A stretch of 64,000 nucleotides of DNA from Bacteroidota bacterium (GTDB lineage Bacteria; Bacteroidota; Ignavibacteria; UBA10030; UBA6906): positions 3,697 to 67,696 of the forward strand of contig JBJXHC010000038.1 in the NCBI GenBank assembly GCA_046160825.1, written 5' to 3'. Both the position numbers and the translations under genes were made by a program. The notes under the pieces are model-generated. The model was not told the DNA's origin, did no database searches, and saw only the letters and a list, made by a program, of their open reading frames with translations. Position 1 is the first letter of the stretch. Each line of letters begins with the position of its first letter. Shown piece after piece: positions 9,697 to 18,484 of the stretch.

Positions 9697-10746
9697 ATGA
9701 CGTTTGAAGAAATCTTTGCGGTCGATGTTTCCAACATGTACAATCTCATCAAGCAATTCCCCCAGCAGGTACGGGAAGCCGTGGCAATTGGCAATGCGGC
9801 CAGCATCAAAGTAAAATCAAAAGGAATTGAGAACATCGTGCTGTGCGGGCTCGGCGGCTCGGCGATCGGGGGCGACTTGTTGAAAAGTTATCTCGCCGGA
9901 GAGCTCACCGTCCCCTTCATCGTCAACCGGAGTTACACGTTGCCGAAGTTTGTCGGATCGAAGACGCTGGTGATTGTCTCCAGCTATTCCGGCAATACGG
10001 AAGAGACGAACGCTGCACACCGCGAGGCTATCAAGCGCCGGGCAAAAATTCTCTGTATCTCCTCCAACGGCACCACAGGGAAACTCGCGAAAGCAAAACG
10101 TACACCGCTTATCACAATCCCGGGCGGTCTTCCTCCTCGCGCTGCCTTGGGATATTCCTTCTTTCCTCTTCTCATCGCGTTGAGTAAGATGGGATTTATC
10201 AAGAACAAGGCGAGGGACATTCGCGAGACTATCACATTGCTGGAGGAAAAGTCCACCGATTATGGCACACCTGACGAATTGACCAACAATGCGCTTCAAC
10301 TCGCCGCGCAGTTGCGCGGACGCCTTGGCGTCATTTATACATCCACTGAGCGGCTCGATGCGGTGAATACGCGTTGGCGGGGACAGGTAGCCGAAAATGC
10401 AAAGTCGCTGCTCTTCGGGCATGTACTGCCGGAAATGAACCACAACGAGCTTGTCGGCTGGAAGGTACTGGGCGATCTGATGAGCGAGACCCAAGTGTTA
10501 TTTCTCCGCGACAAGGATGACCACAAACGTATTGCTTACCGCATGGACATCACGAAACAGATCATCGGTGAGCACACGGAGCGCATGACCGATGTATGGA
10601 GCGAAGGAACGACGCTTCTGGCGCGCATGTTCTCGCTTGTGTATCTTGGTGACTGGGTAAGCTACTATCTGGCCATACTCCATCAACAAGACCCGATGCC
10701 CGTTGCGGTAATTGATCACTTAAAGAATGAATTGGGGAAAATATGA
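9697..10746 (+). CDS. Bifunctional phosphoglucose/phosphomannose isomerase (SIS-domain, archaeal-type PGI/PMI)
   Basis: It has a SIS domain (VLCGLGGSAIGGDL, VIVSSYSGNTEET) and a C-terminal bact-PGI_C-like region, and is about 349 aa. Confidence 0.75.
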   Translation: MTFEEIFAVDVSNMYNLIKQFPQQVREAVAIGNAASIKVKSKGIENIVLCGLGGSAIGGDLLKSYLAGELTVPFIVNRSYTLPKFVGSKTLVIVSSYSGNTEETNAAHREAIKRRAKILCISSNGTTGKLAKAKRTPLITIPGGLPPRAALGYSFFPLLIALSKMGFIKNKARDIRETITLLEEKSTDYGTPDELTNNALQLAAQLRGRLGVIYTSTERLDAVNTRWRGQVAENAKSLLFGHVLPEMNHNELVGWKVLGDLMSETQVLFLRDKDDHKRIAYRMDITKQIIGEHTERMTDVWSEGTTLLARMFSLVYLGDWVSYYLAILHQQDPMPVAVIDHLKNELGKI

Positions 10747-11026
10747 CTCTCGGTAATCTCAAATCCTCAAGCATCCTATGAACATATCCCGCGAACATAA
10801 AATCGCCATCGTTGTCGGCGTAGTCCTCTTTGTTGTTCTTGTGTGGGTAAACATCTTCCGCGATGGAACCTCGTGGTAACCCATTGGACGCTATTGCTAA
10901 TGCCTGAGTTCTTTTGTATCCTGCCATCGTATTAATATGCTCCTCATTCATCACTGCTCCACCCGGTGAGCTTCAATCCGTTCGTACAACTCACCGGACA
11001 TCTCATCATCATCGCAGGAGGAAAAA

Positions 11027-11314
11027 ATGGAGAACATTTTGCCATTAATCATCCAACTGATCAGCGGCGCAGTTGGAGGAAACGTTGTTGGCAGCCTGGC
11101 AAAGAACCTGAACCTCGGAACGGTCGGGAATTCAATTGCGGGGATTGTCGGAGGAGGTCTCGGGGGTCAGATTTTGGGCATGCTCGGCACCGGCATGGAA
11201 ACCGGCGGCGGAATGGATGCCGGGAGTATCATCGGCAGCATTGCATCGGGCGGTGTCGGGGGCGGCATTGTGATGGCGATAGTCGGAGTTATCAAGAAAG
11301 CAATGGCGAAATAA
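11027..11314 (+). CDS. GlsB/YeaQ/YmgE family (transglycosylase-associated) small membrane stress protein
   Basis: It is 95 aa, glycine-rich with two TM helices (ILPLIIQLISGAVGGNVVGSL...GGGIVMAIVGVIKKAM), typical of PF04226. An AGGAGG RBS lies 8 nt upstream. Confidence 0.8.
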   Translation: MENILPLIIQLISGAVGGNVVGSLAKNLNLGTVGNSIAGIVGGGLGGQILGMLGTGMETGGGMDAGSIIGSIASGGVGGGIVMAIVGVIKKAMAK

Positions 11315-11327
11315 ATAGTTGACTTAT

Positions 11328-11358
11328 GTGGACGGGACGACCTGTCCCGTCCACAGTC
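11328..11358 (+). terminator. Strong perfect hairpin (12-bp stem TGTGGACGGGAC / GTCCCGTCCACA, 5-nt loop) downstream of the GlsB gene, a terminator-like element lacking a U-tract
   Basis: The inverted repeat is read directly from the sequence. It sits 14 nt after the stop codon and about 130 nt upstream of the next gene. Confidence 0.4.
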
Positions 11359-11486
11359 AGTTGCAGCCACAGGTTTGATCCCACCACCGCACCTTGCAAC
11401 TTCGCTCCATTCTCCCTATACTTTCAATGAGCCACCATCCTCACCATCTCCACGCCGTACTCCGAACAGTGATTGACGGGACTGTG

Positions 11487-14306
11487 ATGCGTCGTTTCCG
11501 AGTGCTGTCTATTTCCATCCTTCTTCTCATCTGTGGGTCCACCACCGTCGCGCAATTCTTCTATTTTGGCCGTAACAAAGTCCAGTACACCGATTTTGAC
11601 TGGCACGTCCTCAAGACCGAACACTTCGACATCTATTATTATCCTGAGATGAAAGACCTTGCCGAGCGCGGGGCGTTTTTTGCCGAGGAGGCGTACAAGG
11701 AACTCGAGACAAAATTCAACCATTCGCTCAACAACCGCGTCCCTCTCATTTTTTATAGCTCGCACCTTCACTTCCAGCAGACCAATACCACGGGCGGTTT
11801 CATCCCGGAAGGTGTTGGGGGATTTTTTGAATTCCTGAAGGGCCGGGTCGTCATCCCATCCGACGGTTCCACCTACCAATTCCGACACGTCATCCGGCAT
11901 GAGATGGTGCATGTGTTCATGCACAGCAAGATTGCGCGCGTCCTTATCGATCATCGCAAGACGCAGGATCGCTTTCCGCCGCTCTGGTTCACCGAGGGGC
12001 TCGCCGAATACTGGTCCACCGATTGGGACACACAAGCGGAAATGGTGATGCGCGATGCTGTGCTCAGCGATATTATCGTCGGCCTCGATGACATGGATCG
12101 CATCTACGGATCGTTCCTGATGTACAAAGAAGGACAGGCTGTCCTCGAATATATCGGCAAGACGTATGGTGAGGAAAAGATTCTCCTGCTGATGGAGAAT
12201 TTCTGGAAGGTGAGCTCGTTCAGTGAGGTCTTCAAAATTACACTCGGGAAGAACTACAAAGAATTTGACGAAGAGTGGCTCTACGCACTCAAGAAAAAAT
12301 ACTATCCCCTTCTTGCCACCTACGACTCGCCGAGTAGCGTCACGGTCAATGTCGTAAAGGAAGGGTTCAACGCGAAACCTGTGGTGTTCGAGCACGATTC
12401 CACCCGCGACGTGTATTTCATCGGCAACCAGACCGGGTACACGGGCATCTATAAAAAATCGTTGGACGACGAGAAACCGGATGCTTCCGCCACTAACGTT
12501 GTACAAGGTGAGAAGTCGGATGAGTTTGAGGCGTTCCATCCATTCCGTACCCGTATGGATATTTCCAAAGATGGCGTGCTCGCATTCACGACGAAGAGCG
12601 GCGAGAGTGATGTTCTGCACTTATATAATCTGTTCAACGAGAAAATTATTGAGACCTTCCGTTTTCGCGAACTCGTCAGCATCGGGTCAACGTCGTGGTC
12701 ACCAGACGGGAAGCACGTTGCGTTTGCTTCGATTAACAAGAGCGGCAATAACGATTTGTATATCCTGAATACCGAAACCCATGATCTCCGCAAACTCACC
12801 AACGATTATTATGACGACCGTGACCCGGCATGGTCGCCACGCGGCGACCAGATTGCCTTCAGCTCCGACCGGACGCCATACGGCAAGAAAGGCAAGTACA
12901 GTCTTTTTCTTTTTGATATCGAGTCGGGAACAATCACCTATCTCACATACGGAAACGAAAGCTCAGGCTCACCGGCATGGTCTAAAGATGGAAGCAAACT
13001 CGCTTTCACATGCGATGCAGACGGCGCACAAAATATCTGGATGATGAATATGCGTGATTCGGTGCTGGCCATGCGTTCCATGACCAAGGTAACGCATTTC
13101 ACCACTGCTGCCTTCGATCCGACCTGGACAAAAGACGGCGATCTCGTGTTCGCTGCGTTTGAAGGGTTCAGTTTCCAGATTCGAATGCTGAAAAATATCG
13201 AGTCTACATTTGACAGCGCGCGCACCGTCCGGATGATCGATCTCTACAAGGAAAAGCCCTGGGAGAGCAAGTCCATTGCCGGCGTTTCAGAGGTCAAGAC
13301 ATTCAAGTACCAAGGCGACTACAGTCTTGATATCGCACAGAGCGCGATTTCCACCGATCCGGTTTTCGGAACATCTGGAGGGGCGTTCGTTGCGTTGAGC
13401 GATTTGCTGGGCAACGATCAATACTATTTCCTGCTCTACAATACCGCGCAATCGCAGGACGAGCTTCTTTCCAGTTTCAATATCGCCATCTCACGCGTCT
13501 CACTAAGCCAGCGCACAAACTATGCTTATGGCATCTACCGGTTCAGCGGGCGGCGCTACGACCTGACGGACAAGGACGAATTTTATTATGAGCGAGTATT
13601 CGGCGGATACCTCGCACTCAGCTATCCACTGACAAAATTCCAGCGCATAGAAACCTCCGTCAGTCTAAGCAACTCCAACAAGGACGTGGACTTCATTATT
13701 GAAGACCGGAAGGCATTGCTTCTATCCAACTCTGTCTCGTTCACACACGATAATTCGCTCTGGGGTCCAAGCGGACCGTTGGATGGCAGCAGGTTCAACC
13801 TGACGCTCGCCTTCACGTCGGACATTCAATACTCGAACGTCAATTACTACACGGCGATCATCGACTACCGTCATTATTTCAGACTCTCGCAACGCAGCAC
13901 TTTTGCCTCGCGTGCTTGGCTCTTTTACAATGACGGCAAGGAATCGCGCCGATTCGTGATGGGTGGGAGTTGGGATTTACGCGGCTTCCCACGGTGGTCG
14001 ATTCGCGGTGAAAAACTCTGGTTGACAAGTCAGGAACTCCGCTTCCCATTCATCGATCAACTCGCGATCCGGTTTCCATTTGTCGGGTTGAGTTTCTGGT
14101 CGATCCGGGGGGCACTCTTCTTTGATGCGGGAAGTGCATGGGACGACGAGTATTCCGAGACGCTCGGCAGCGTCGGCGGCGGGTTGCGTATGAACCTCGC
14201 CGGGGCATTCGTCCTCCGGTATGATATCGGCAAAAGGATCGAGAATAATTTCAGTACGATCCAAAATGATCTGTTCCATCAATTCTTCTTCGGCTGGGAT
14301 TTCTAA
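11487..14306 (+). CDS. Outer-membrane protein with a fused architecture: signal peptide, HExxH metallopeptidase-like domain, TolB-like PD40 beta-propeller repeats, and a C-terminal Omp85/BamA-type 16-strand beta-barrel
   Basis: - The signal peptide is MRRFRVLSISILLLICGSTTVAQ.
- The HExxH motif lies in RHVIRHEMVHVFMH.
- PD40 repeats include SPDGKHVAFASINKSGNNDLYILN, WSPRGDQIAFSSDR and PAWSKDGSKLAFTCDADGAQNIWMMN.
- The C-terminus carries the conserved Omp85 loop-6 motif (MGGSWDLRGF) and a terminal aromatic residue (FFFGWDF).
- The start was trimmed from the track ORF 11394. Confidence 0.8.
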   Translation: MRRFRVLSISILLLICGSTTVAQFFYFGRNKVQYTDFDWHVLKTEHFDIYYYPEMKDLAERGAFFAEEAYKELETKFNHSLNNRVPLIFYSSHLHFQQTNTTGGFIPEGVGGFFEFLKGRVVIPSDGSTYQFRHVIRHEMVHVFMHSKIARVLIDHRKTQDRFPPLWFTEGLAEYWSTDWDTQAEMVMRDAVLSDIIVGLDDMDRIYGSFLMYKEGQAVLEYIGKTYGEEKILLLMENFWKVSSFSEVFKITLGKNYKEFDEEWLYALKKKYYPLLATYDSPSSVTVNVVKEGFNAKPVVFEHDSTRDVYFIGNQTGYTGIYKKSLDDEKPDASATNVVQGEKSDEFEAFHPFRTRMDISKDGVLAFTTKSGESDVLHLYNLFNEKIIETFRFRELVSIGSTSWSPDGKHVAFASINKSGNNDLYILNTETHDLRKLTNDYYDDRDPAWSPRGDQIAFSSDRTPYGKKGKYSLFLFDIESGTITYLTYGNESSGSPAWSKDGSKLAFTCDADGAQNIWMMNMRDSVLAMRSMTKVTHFTTAAFDPTWTKDGDLVFAAFEGFSFQIRMLKNIESTFDSARTVRMIDLYKEKPWESKSIAGVSEVKTFKYQGDYSLDIAQSAISTDPVFGTSGGAFVALSDLLGNDQYYFLLYNTAQSQDELLSSFNIAISRVSLSQRTNYAYGIYRFSGRRYDLTDKDEFYYERVFGGYLALSYPLTKFQRIETSVSLSNSNKDVDFIIEDRKALLLSNSVSFTHDNSLWGPSGPLDGSRFNLTLAFTSDIQYSNVNYYTAIIDYRHYFRLSQRSTFASRAWLFYNDGKESRRFVMGGSWDLRGFPRWSIRGEKLWLTSQELRFPFIDQLAIRFPFVGLSFWSIRGALFFDAGSAWDDEYSETLGSVGGGLRMNLAGAFVLRYDIGKRIENNFSTIQNDLFHQFFFGWDF

Positions 14307-14307
14307 C

Positions 14308-15441
14308 GTGAAAAAACTGTTCATCATCATCATCTTCCTCTTGTCCGGTTGCGGAGGGCTGCGCCTCAACCAACGACTTGTATTGGATGAGAACGACTGG
14401 CCGATGTTTGCCCGAACAACAACGCGTGTCGGCATTGCAACAGAGATGCTCGTCCCGCCTTTTGCAAGACTTTGGGAACATGACGTCACAAGCGGGTTTG
14501 GCACCGGATCGCCGGTCGTGGTCGACAGTTTCCTGATGCTCGGCAACCTCCGCGGCGAGTTGTACGTGGTGAATATACACTCCGGCAAGAGAGTCGGTTG
14601 GGTGGATATCGGCGACGCAATCAACGGAACACCTGTCTTCTCTGCCGGCGTGGTGTTTGTCCCGGTGTCCAACAGCGAAGAATCGCTCATCGCATTCGAT
14701 CTCGCAGAAGGAAAGCCGCTATGGAGTAAGAACTATGGGGACATTGAGGCATCACCTCTTCTTCTGGAGAAGAAACTATATGTGGGAAATACACGCGGCG
14801 CATTTTTCTGTATTGATATTGAAACAGGCGATCAGGTCTGGAAATTTGAATTGGAGAATAACACAAAGCGTAAAGGAATCCGTTCGTCGGCTGCCAGTAA
14901 TGGAAGCGCGATAATTTTCGGGGCCGACGATGGCGCGATATATTCCCTTGATGCGCAGAAGGGCTTGCTGCAATGGAGTGTACAGACTGACGCCGCGATC
15001 ATGGCCACCCCGTGCATTGTCGAAGGAAATGCTCTTGTGGGAAATACCAACGGCACCATGATTGCCGTTCGCATCAATGACGGAACGCTGGCGTGGAGTT
15101 ATGCGGCAGGAGCGAGTGTTTATTCAACTCCCATCCTGGCGGCCGGACTCAGCATCTTCGGAACCACAGGGGGAAAAATGATTGCTCTTAGACAGGATGG
15201 AAGCGCTGCGTGGACTTCCGACGTCGGTGGTGTAGTGAGTGCGTCTGCTGCTCTTTCCGGCACCACAATGTTTGTCGGAACCTTGAAAAAGGAGTTTCTT
15301 GCCCTCGACGCAATTACGGGATCCATCGTTTGGCGCGACACTGTTGCGGGGCGGATCAAATCCTCGCCCGCAATTGCGGACGGCAAGGTGTTTATTGCAA
15401 CGGACGAGCGTCTGGTGCTCGCGTATACGGAGAAGAAATGA
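14308..15441 (+). CDS. PQQ-repeat beta-propeller lipoprotein (BamB/YfgL-like)
   Basis: A GTG start lies 2 nt after the upstream stop. The lipoprotein signal is KKLFIIIIFLLSGC. At least seven PQQ-type repeats are present, including GDQVWKF, GLLQWSV, GTLAWSY and GSIVWRD. Confidence 0.75.
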   Translation: MKKLFIIIIFLLSGCGGLRLNQRLVLDENDWPMFARTTTRVGIATEMLVPPFARLWEHDVTSGFGTGSPVVVDSFLMLGNLRGELYVVNIHSGKRVGWVDIGDAINGTPVFSAGVVFVPVSNSEESLIAFDLAEGKPLWSKNYGDIEASPLLLEKKLYVGNTRGAFFCIDIETGDQVWKFELENNTKRKGIRSSAASNGSAIIFGADDGAIYSLDAQKGLLQWSVQTDAAIMATPCIVEGNALVGNTNGTMIAVRINDGTLAWSYAAGASVYSTPILAAGLSIFGTTGGKMIALRQDGSAAWTSDVGGVVSASAALSGTTMFVGTLKKEFLALDAITGSIVWRDTVAGRIKSSPAIADGKVFIATDERLVLAYTEKK

Positions 15442-16232
15442 TACCCCAACGATGGGCACTGATTGTTTTTCTGGTGGGATACGCTACTTGTGTCGCGGCC
15501 CGGGATTCGACACAAACCCAGGTGATCCCACCAACGCGTACTATCACAATTCTCTCCGATGTTGAAGGGGCAACAGCCTTCATCAATGGAGAAAAGAAAG
15601 GTCACACTCCCGTTTCCGCTGACCTTGCCGAGGGACACTATACTCTCCTGATCGTTCATCCCGATCACGACGACTGGCGCGCGGAGAGCATCCGCGACAG
15701 CTTTGAAGTGGAGGCTACTTCTCGGGACACATTGCATTTCCGGTTCGGACAATATGTCTCAATAACCTCGGATCCATTCGGTGCTGAGGTGGTTATCGAG
15801 GACTCGATCGTCGGTACCACACCGATGGTTTTTCAAAATAATGAGACCATTTCCGCCACACTGTTGGTCCGCAAGCCGGGGTATGAACCGGCTACACTCG
15901 ACCTTCGTTCCGATGGGACAAACAAATTCACGGTGACACTCGCACGACATGGTACGGGTACGGGTACGGATCCCTCCGACGTATTCTCGGATCATTCCTA
16001 CTCATCCTCTTCATCATTGCGACTTTATATTGCAGGCGCGGCTGCGGTGATTTCCGGAGCATTGGCTGCGCATTTCAAACTCAAGGCGGATGACAATTAT
16101 GCAGCGTACCGCTTCACTCGCGATCCTGCAGCACTCGACAGAACACATCGCTTCGACACGGCGGCAGCTCTGTCCATCGCTGCCACACAGATAAGTGTCG
16201 GCTTGTTTACGTACTTCATCCTCTCCGACTGA
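15438..16232 (+). CDS. PEGA-domain protein (two PEGA repeats plus a C-terminal hydrophobic segment)
   Basis: An ATGA overlap joins it to the upstream gene. The signal/TM segment is MIPQRWALIVFLVGYATCVAA. The two PEGA repeats are ITILSDVEGATAFINGEKKGHTPV and ITSDPFGAEVVIEDSIVGTTPMVF...RKPGYEP. The C-terminus carries LYIAGAAAVISGALAA. Confidence 0.7.
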   Translation: MIPQRWALIVFLVGYATCVAARDSTQTQVIPPTRTITILSDVEGATAFINGEKKGHTPVSADLAEGHYTLLIVHPDHDDWRAESIRDSFEVEATSRDTLHFRFGQYVSITSDPFGAEVVIEDSIVGTTPMVFQNNETISATLLVRKPGYEPATLDLRSDGTNKFTVTLARHGTGTGTDPSDVFSDHSYSSSSSLRLYIAGAAAVISGALAAHFKLKADDNYAAYRFTRDPAALDRTHRFDTAAALSIAATQISVGLFTYFILSD

Positions 16233-16353
16233 AGAGGAATATGAGCAGTTGATGCTTACGCGTTGCTTCCCTTGACTTTCATCACACAACAGCCTATATT
16301 CGCTACAGCATTTTGCATAAATGTGACTGCGCCTCCAGCCGACACAACTACTC

Positions 16354-16365
16354 AGTGAGGTCACT
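16354..16365. promoter_or_regulatory. Perfect palindrome AGTGA-GG-TCACT about 70 bp upstream of the Crp/Fnr-family gene, a candidate operator
   Basis: The palindrome is read directly from the sequence. A TGTGA half-site also occurs at 16323-16327. The spacing differs from the canonical CRP site (TGTGA-N6-TCACA), so its function is uncertain. Confidence 0.3.
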
Positions 16366-16434
16366 CTGAATACTGTCGCAAAAGAAGAAATAGAATTCCT
16401 TAAGAACGTTCCAATCCTTTGTGATCTTGAAGCG

Positions 16435-17061
16435 ATGGATCTCGACACCATCGCAAAGGTTGGCGTGCGGAAGAAATACAAGAAGGGAAGCATTATCCTT
16501 CTGGAAGAAGAAGCCGGTGCCGCCTTGTTTGTTATCATCTCCGGCAAAGTGAAAATCGTGAGAATGGATGATGACGGGCGCGAGGTGATCCTTTCCATTC
16601 TTGGCGAAAGTGATTTTTTTGGGGAGATGGCCATTCTCGACGGACTGGCACGTTCGGCAAGTGTCGTTGCCATCTCGAAGTCGGAGCTGTTCATGATTCA
16701 CCGGCGCGACTTCCTCAAACTTCTTCACGATTTTCCCTCGGTGGCAATCGCGTTACTCAAAGAGTTGACCATGCGGCTCCGCAAAGCGGATGCCCAGATC
16801 AAGAGCCTGTCGCTGAAAGATGCTGCAGGGCGGGTCGCCAACGTGATCCTGCAGTTGGCAGACGATATCGGCAAGATCCGCAAAGGTCGGGTCGAGATTG
16901 ACGAGCTTCCTCTCCAGCAAGATCTGGCGAACATGGCCGGCACGTCGCGCGAGACAATCTCACGCATGATTCATTCTTTTATCCGCGAAGGCCACCTGGA
17001 ACTTGAGCGAGGCAAGCTCATTATCAACGATTATGAAAAGTTTAAGAGCAGATATTTGTAG
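16435..17061 (+). CDS. Crp/Fnr family transcriptional regulator
   Basis: It has a cNMP-binding domain (GSIILLEEEAGAALFVIISGKVKIV...FFGEMAIL) and a C-terminal HTH (QQDLANMAGTSRETISRMI). Confidence 0.9.
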   Translation: MDLDTIAKVGVRKKYKKGSIILLEEEAGAALFVIISGKVKIVRMDDDGREVILSILGESDFFGEMAILDGLARSASVVAISKSELFMIHRRDFLKLLHDFPSVAIALLKELTMRLRKADAQIKSLSLKDAAGRVANVILQLADDIGKIRKGRVEIDELPLQQDLANMAGTSRETISRMIHSFIREGHLELERGKLIINDYEKFKSRYL

Positions 17062-17075
17062 GGGAGCGGCGGTTT

Positions 17076-17918
17076 GTGGTTCCTGGGTGGTTGTGCATGG
17101 AGGGTAAGGCTGATCTCCATATGCATTCCATCTACTCCGACGGTGTGTTGACTATTGAAGCACTCGTCAAGCGCACCAAGGAGGCGGGGCTCAACATCAT
17201 CAGCATCACCGATCACGACAATGCCAGCGGTATTGACGAGGCTATTCGTGTCGGGAAAGAGGTGGGTGTTGAGGTGATTCCCGGAATGGAAATCAGCGCG
17301 AATGTCGGCGAACAGGACATTCACATCCTCGGCTACTTCTTTGATCACACCGATACGAAACTGCAGGAATACCTCTCCCTTTTCCGCGCAGAACGCGTAA
17401 AGCGAGCCGAGCGCATCGTTGAAAAGCTGAACGGCATGAAAATCCCCCTGACCATGGAAGCTGTCCTTGACAAGGCGGGCAGGGGTTCTGTCGGACGCCC
17501 GCATATTGCCAACGCCCTTGTAGAAGGGGGCTTGACGGGCACATACCATGAAGCATTCTTGAAATACATTGGTTTCGGAAAACCTGCCTATGAGAAGAAG
17601 TATCAAATCTCACCCCGCGAAGCTGTCGAGTTGATCTCGTCGGCGGGCGGACTCTCTTTCGTGGCTCATCCCGGTAATTCCATCGATGAAAAACTCTTGC
17701 TCACACTCATAAGAGAAGGACTCGATGGAATAGAGGTCGTTCATCCTTCGCATTCCCCCGAACGAGTAGCATATTATAACGGTATCGTCAGTGAGTACTT
17801 CCTTCTCGCAAGTGGCGGGTCTGATTTCCATGGCGGCAAGAGAAACGATGCCGATGTTCTCGGAAAATATTTCATCTCAGAGAAGCATCTTGATATGATG
17901 CGGCATCAGTTACAGTAA
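17076..17918 (+). CDS. PHP-domain phosphoesterase (histidinol-phosphatase-like metal-dependent)
   Basis: DLHMHSIYSDG, ISITDHD, FVAHPG and GGSDFHG are the PHP metal-binding motifs. Confidence 0.85.
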   Translation: MVPGWLCMEGKADLHMHSIYSDGVLTIEALVKRTKEAGLNIISITDHDNASGIDEAIRVGKEVGVEVIPGMEISANVGEQDIHILGYFFDHTDTKLQEYLSLFRAERVKRAERIVEKLNGMKIPLTMEAVLDKAGRGSVGRPHIANALVEGGLTGTYHEAFLKYIGFGKPAYEKKYQISPREAVELISSAGGLSFVAHPGNSIDEKLLLTLIREGLDGIEVVHPSHSPERVAYYNGIVSEYFLLASGGSDFHGGKRNDADVLGKYFISEKHLDMMRHQLQ

Positions 17919-17933
17919 TCATATGCGCACCCC

Positions 17934-18434
17934 GTGAATCACATCAGTCAGACCTTTCAAGGTAGTCTCTCCGCCGGTGGACATTCATTCGGCATCGTGG
18001 TAAGTCGATTCAACAGTCTCATCACCAAGCAACTTCTTGAAGGTGCGTTGGATTGCCTCCTTCGACATGGCGCTGGCGAGAACGCAATCACCGTCGTACA
18101 TTGTCCGGGATCGTTCGAGCTCCCCCAAGTGGCGATGCAGCTCGCACAAACGGGCAACCATGACGCGATTATTTGTCTCGGTTGTGTCATTCGCGGAGAG
18201 ACCCCTCATTTCGACTATATTGCGTCCGAGGTGACCAAGGGTGTCGCTCAAGTCGCCCTTCAAACCGGTACGCCAACATCCTTTGGTGTTCTCACAACGG
18301 AAAACCTCAGCCAGGCCCTCGAACGAGCGGGTGCCAAAGCAGGCAACAAGGGCTGGGACGCTGCGCTCACCGCAATTGAACTCGTCCAACTCAAGAATCA
18401 ACTCATCAAAGGGAAGAAGCGGACAAGGAATTGA
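17934..18434 (+). CDS. ribH: 6,7-dimethyl-8-ribityllumazine synthase
   Basis: [18 protein letters not shown] and [16 protein letters not shown] identify the lumazine synthase family. Confidence 0.9.
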   Translation: MNHISQTFQGSLSAGGHSFGIVVSRFNSLITKQLLEGALDCLLRHGAGENAITVVHCPGSFELPQVAMQLAQTGNHDAIICLGCVIRGETPHFDYIASEVTKGVAQVALQTGTPTSFGVLTTENLSQALERAGAKAGNKGWDAALTAIELVQLKNQLIKGKKRTRN

Positions 18435-18484
18435 TAAGAAGTATTGTTATTGATTGACCAATAATTCTTATCTCGAGGAAGACG

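Noticed and set aside
11424-12620. A 398-aa minus-strand ORF inside the fusion outer-membrane-protein gene. Similar long antisense ORFs occur at 8522..9415 (in ptsI), 9817..10494 (in the PGI/PMI gene), 25181..26209 (across the DUF3109/fabG genes), 35109..35897 (across ftcD/hutI), 45906..46751 (in add) and 58781..59407 (in dinB).
   Set aside because: They lie entirely antisense to genes with strong, recognisable homology. They show low-complexity, Arg/Cys/His-rich compositions typical of shadow ORFs in GC-rich DNA, and no domain signatures.
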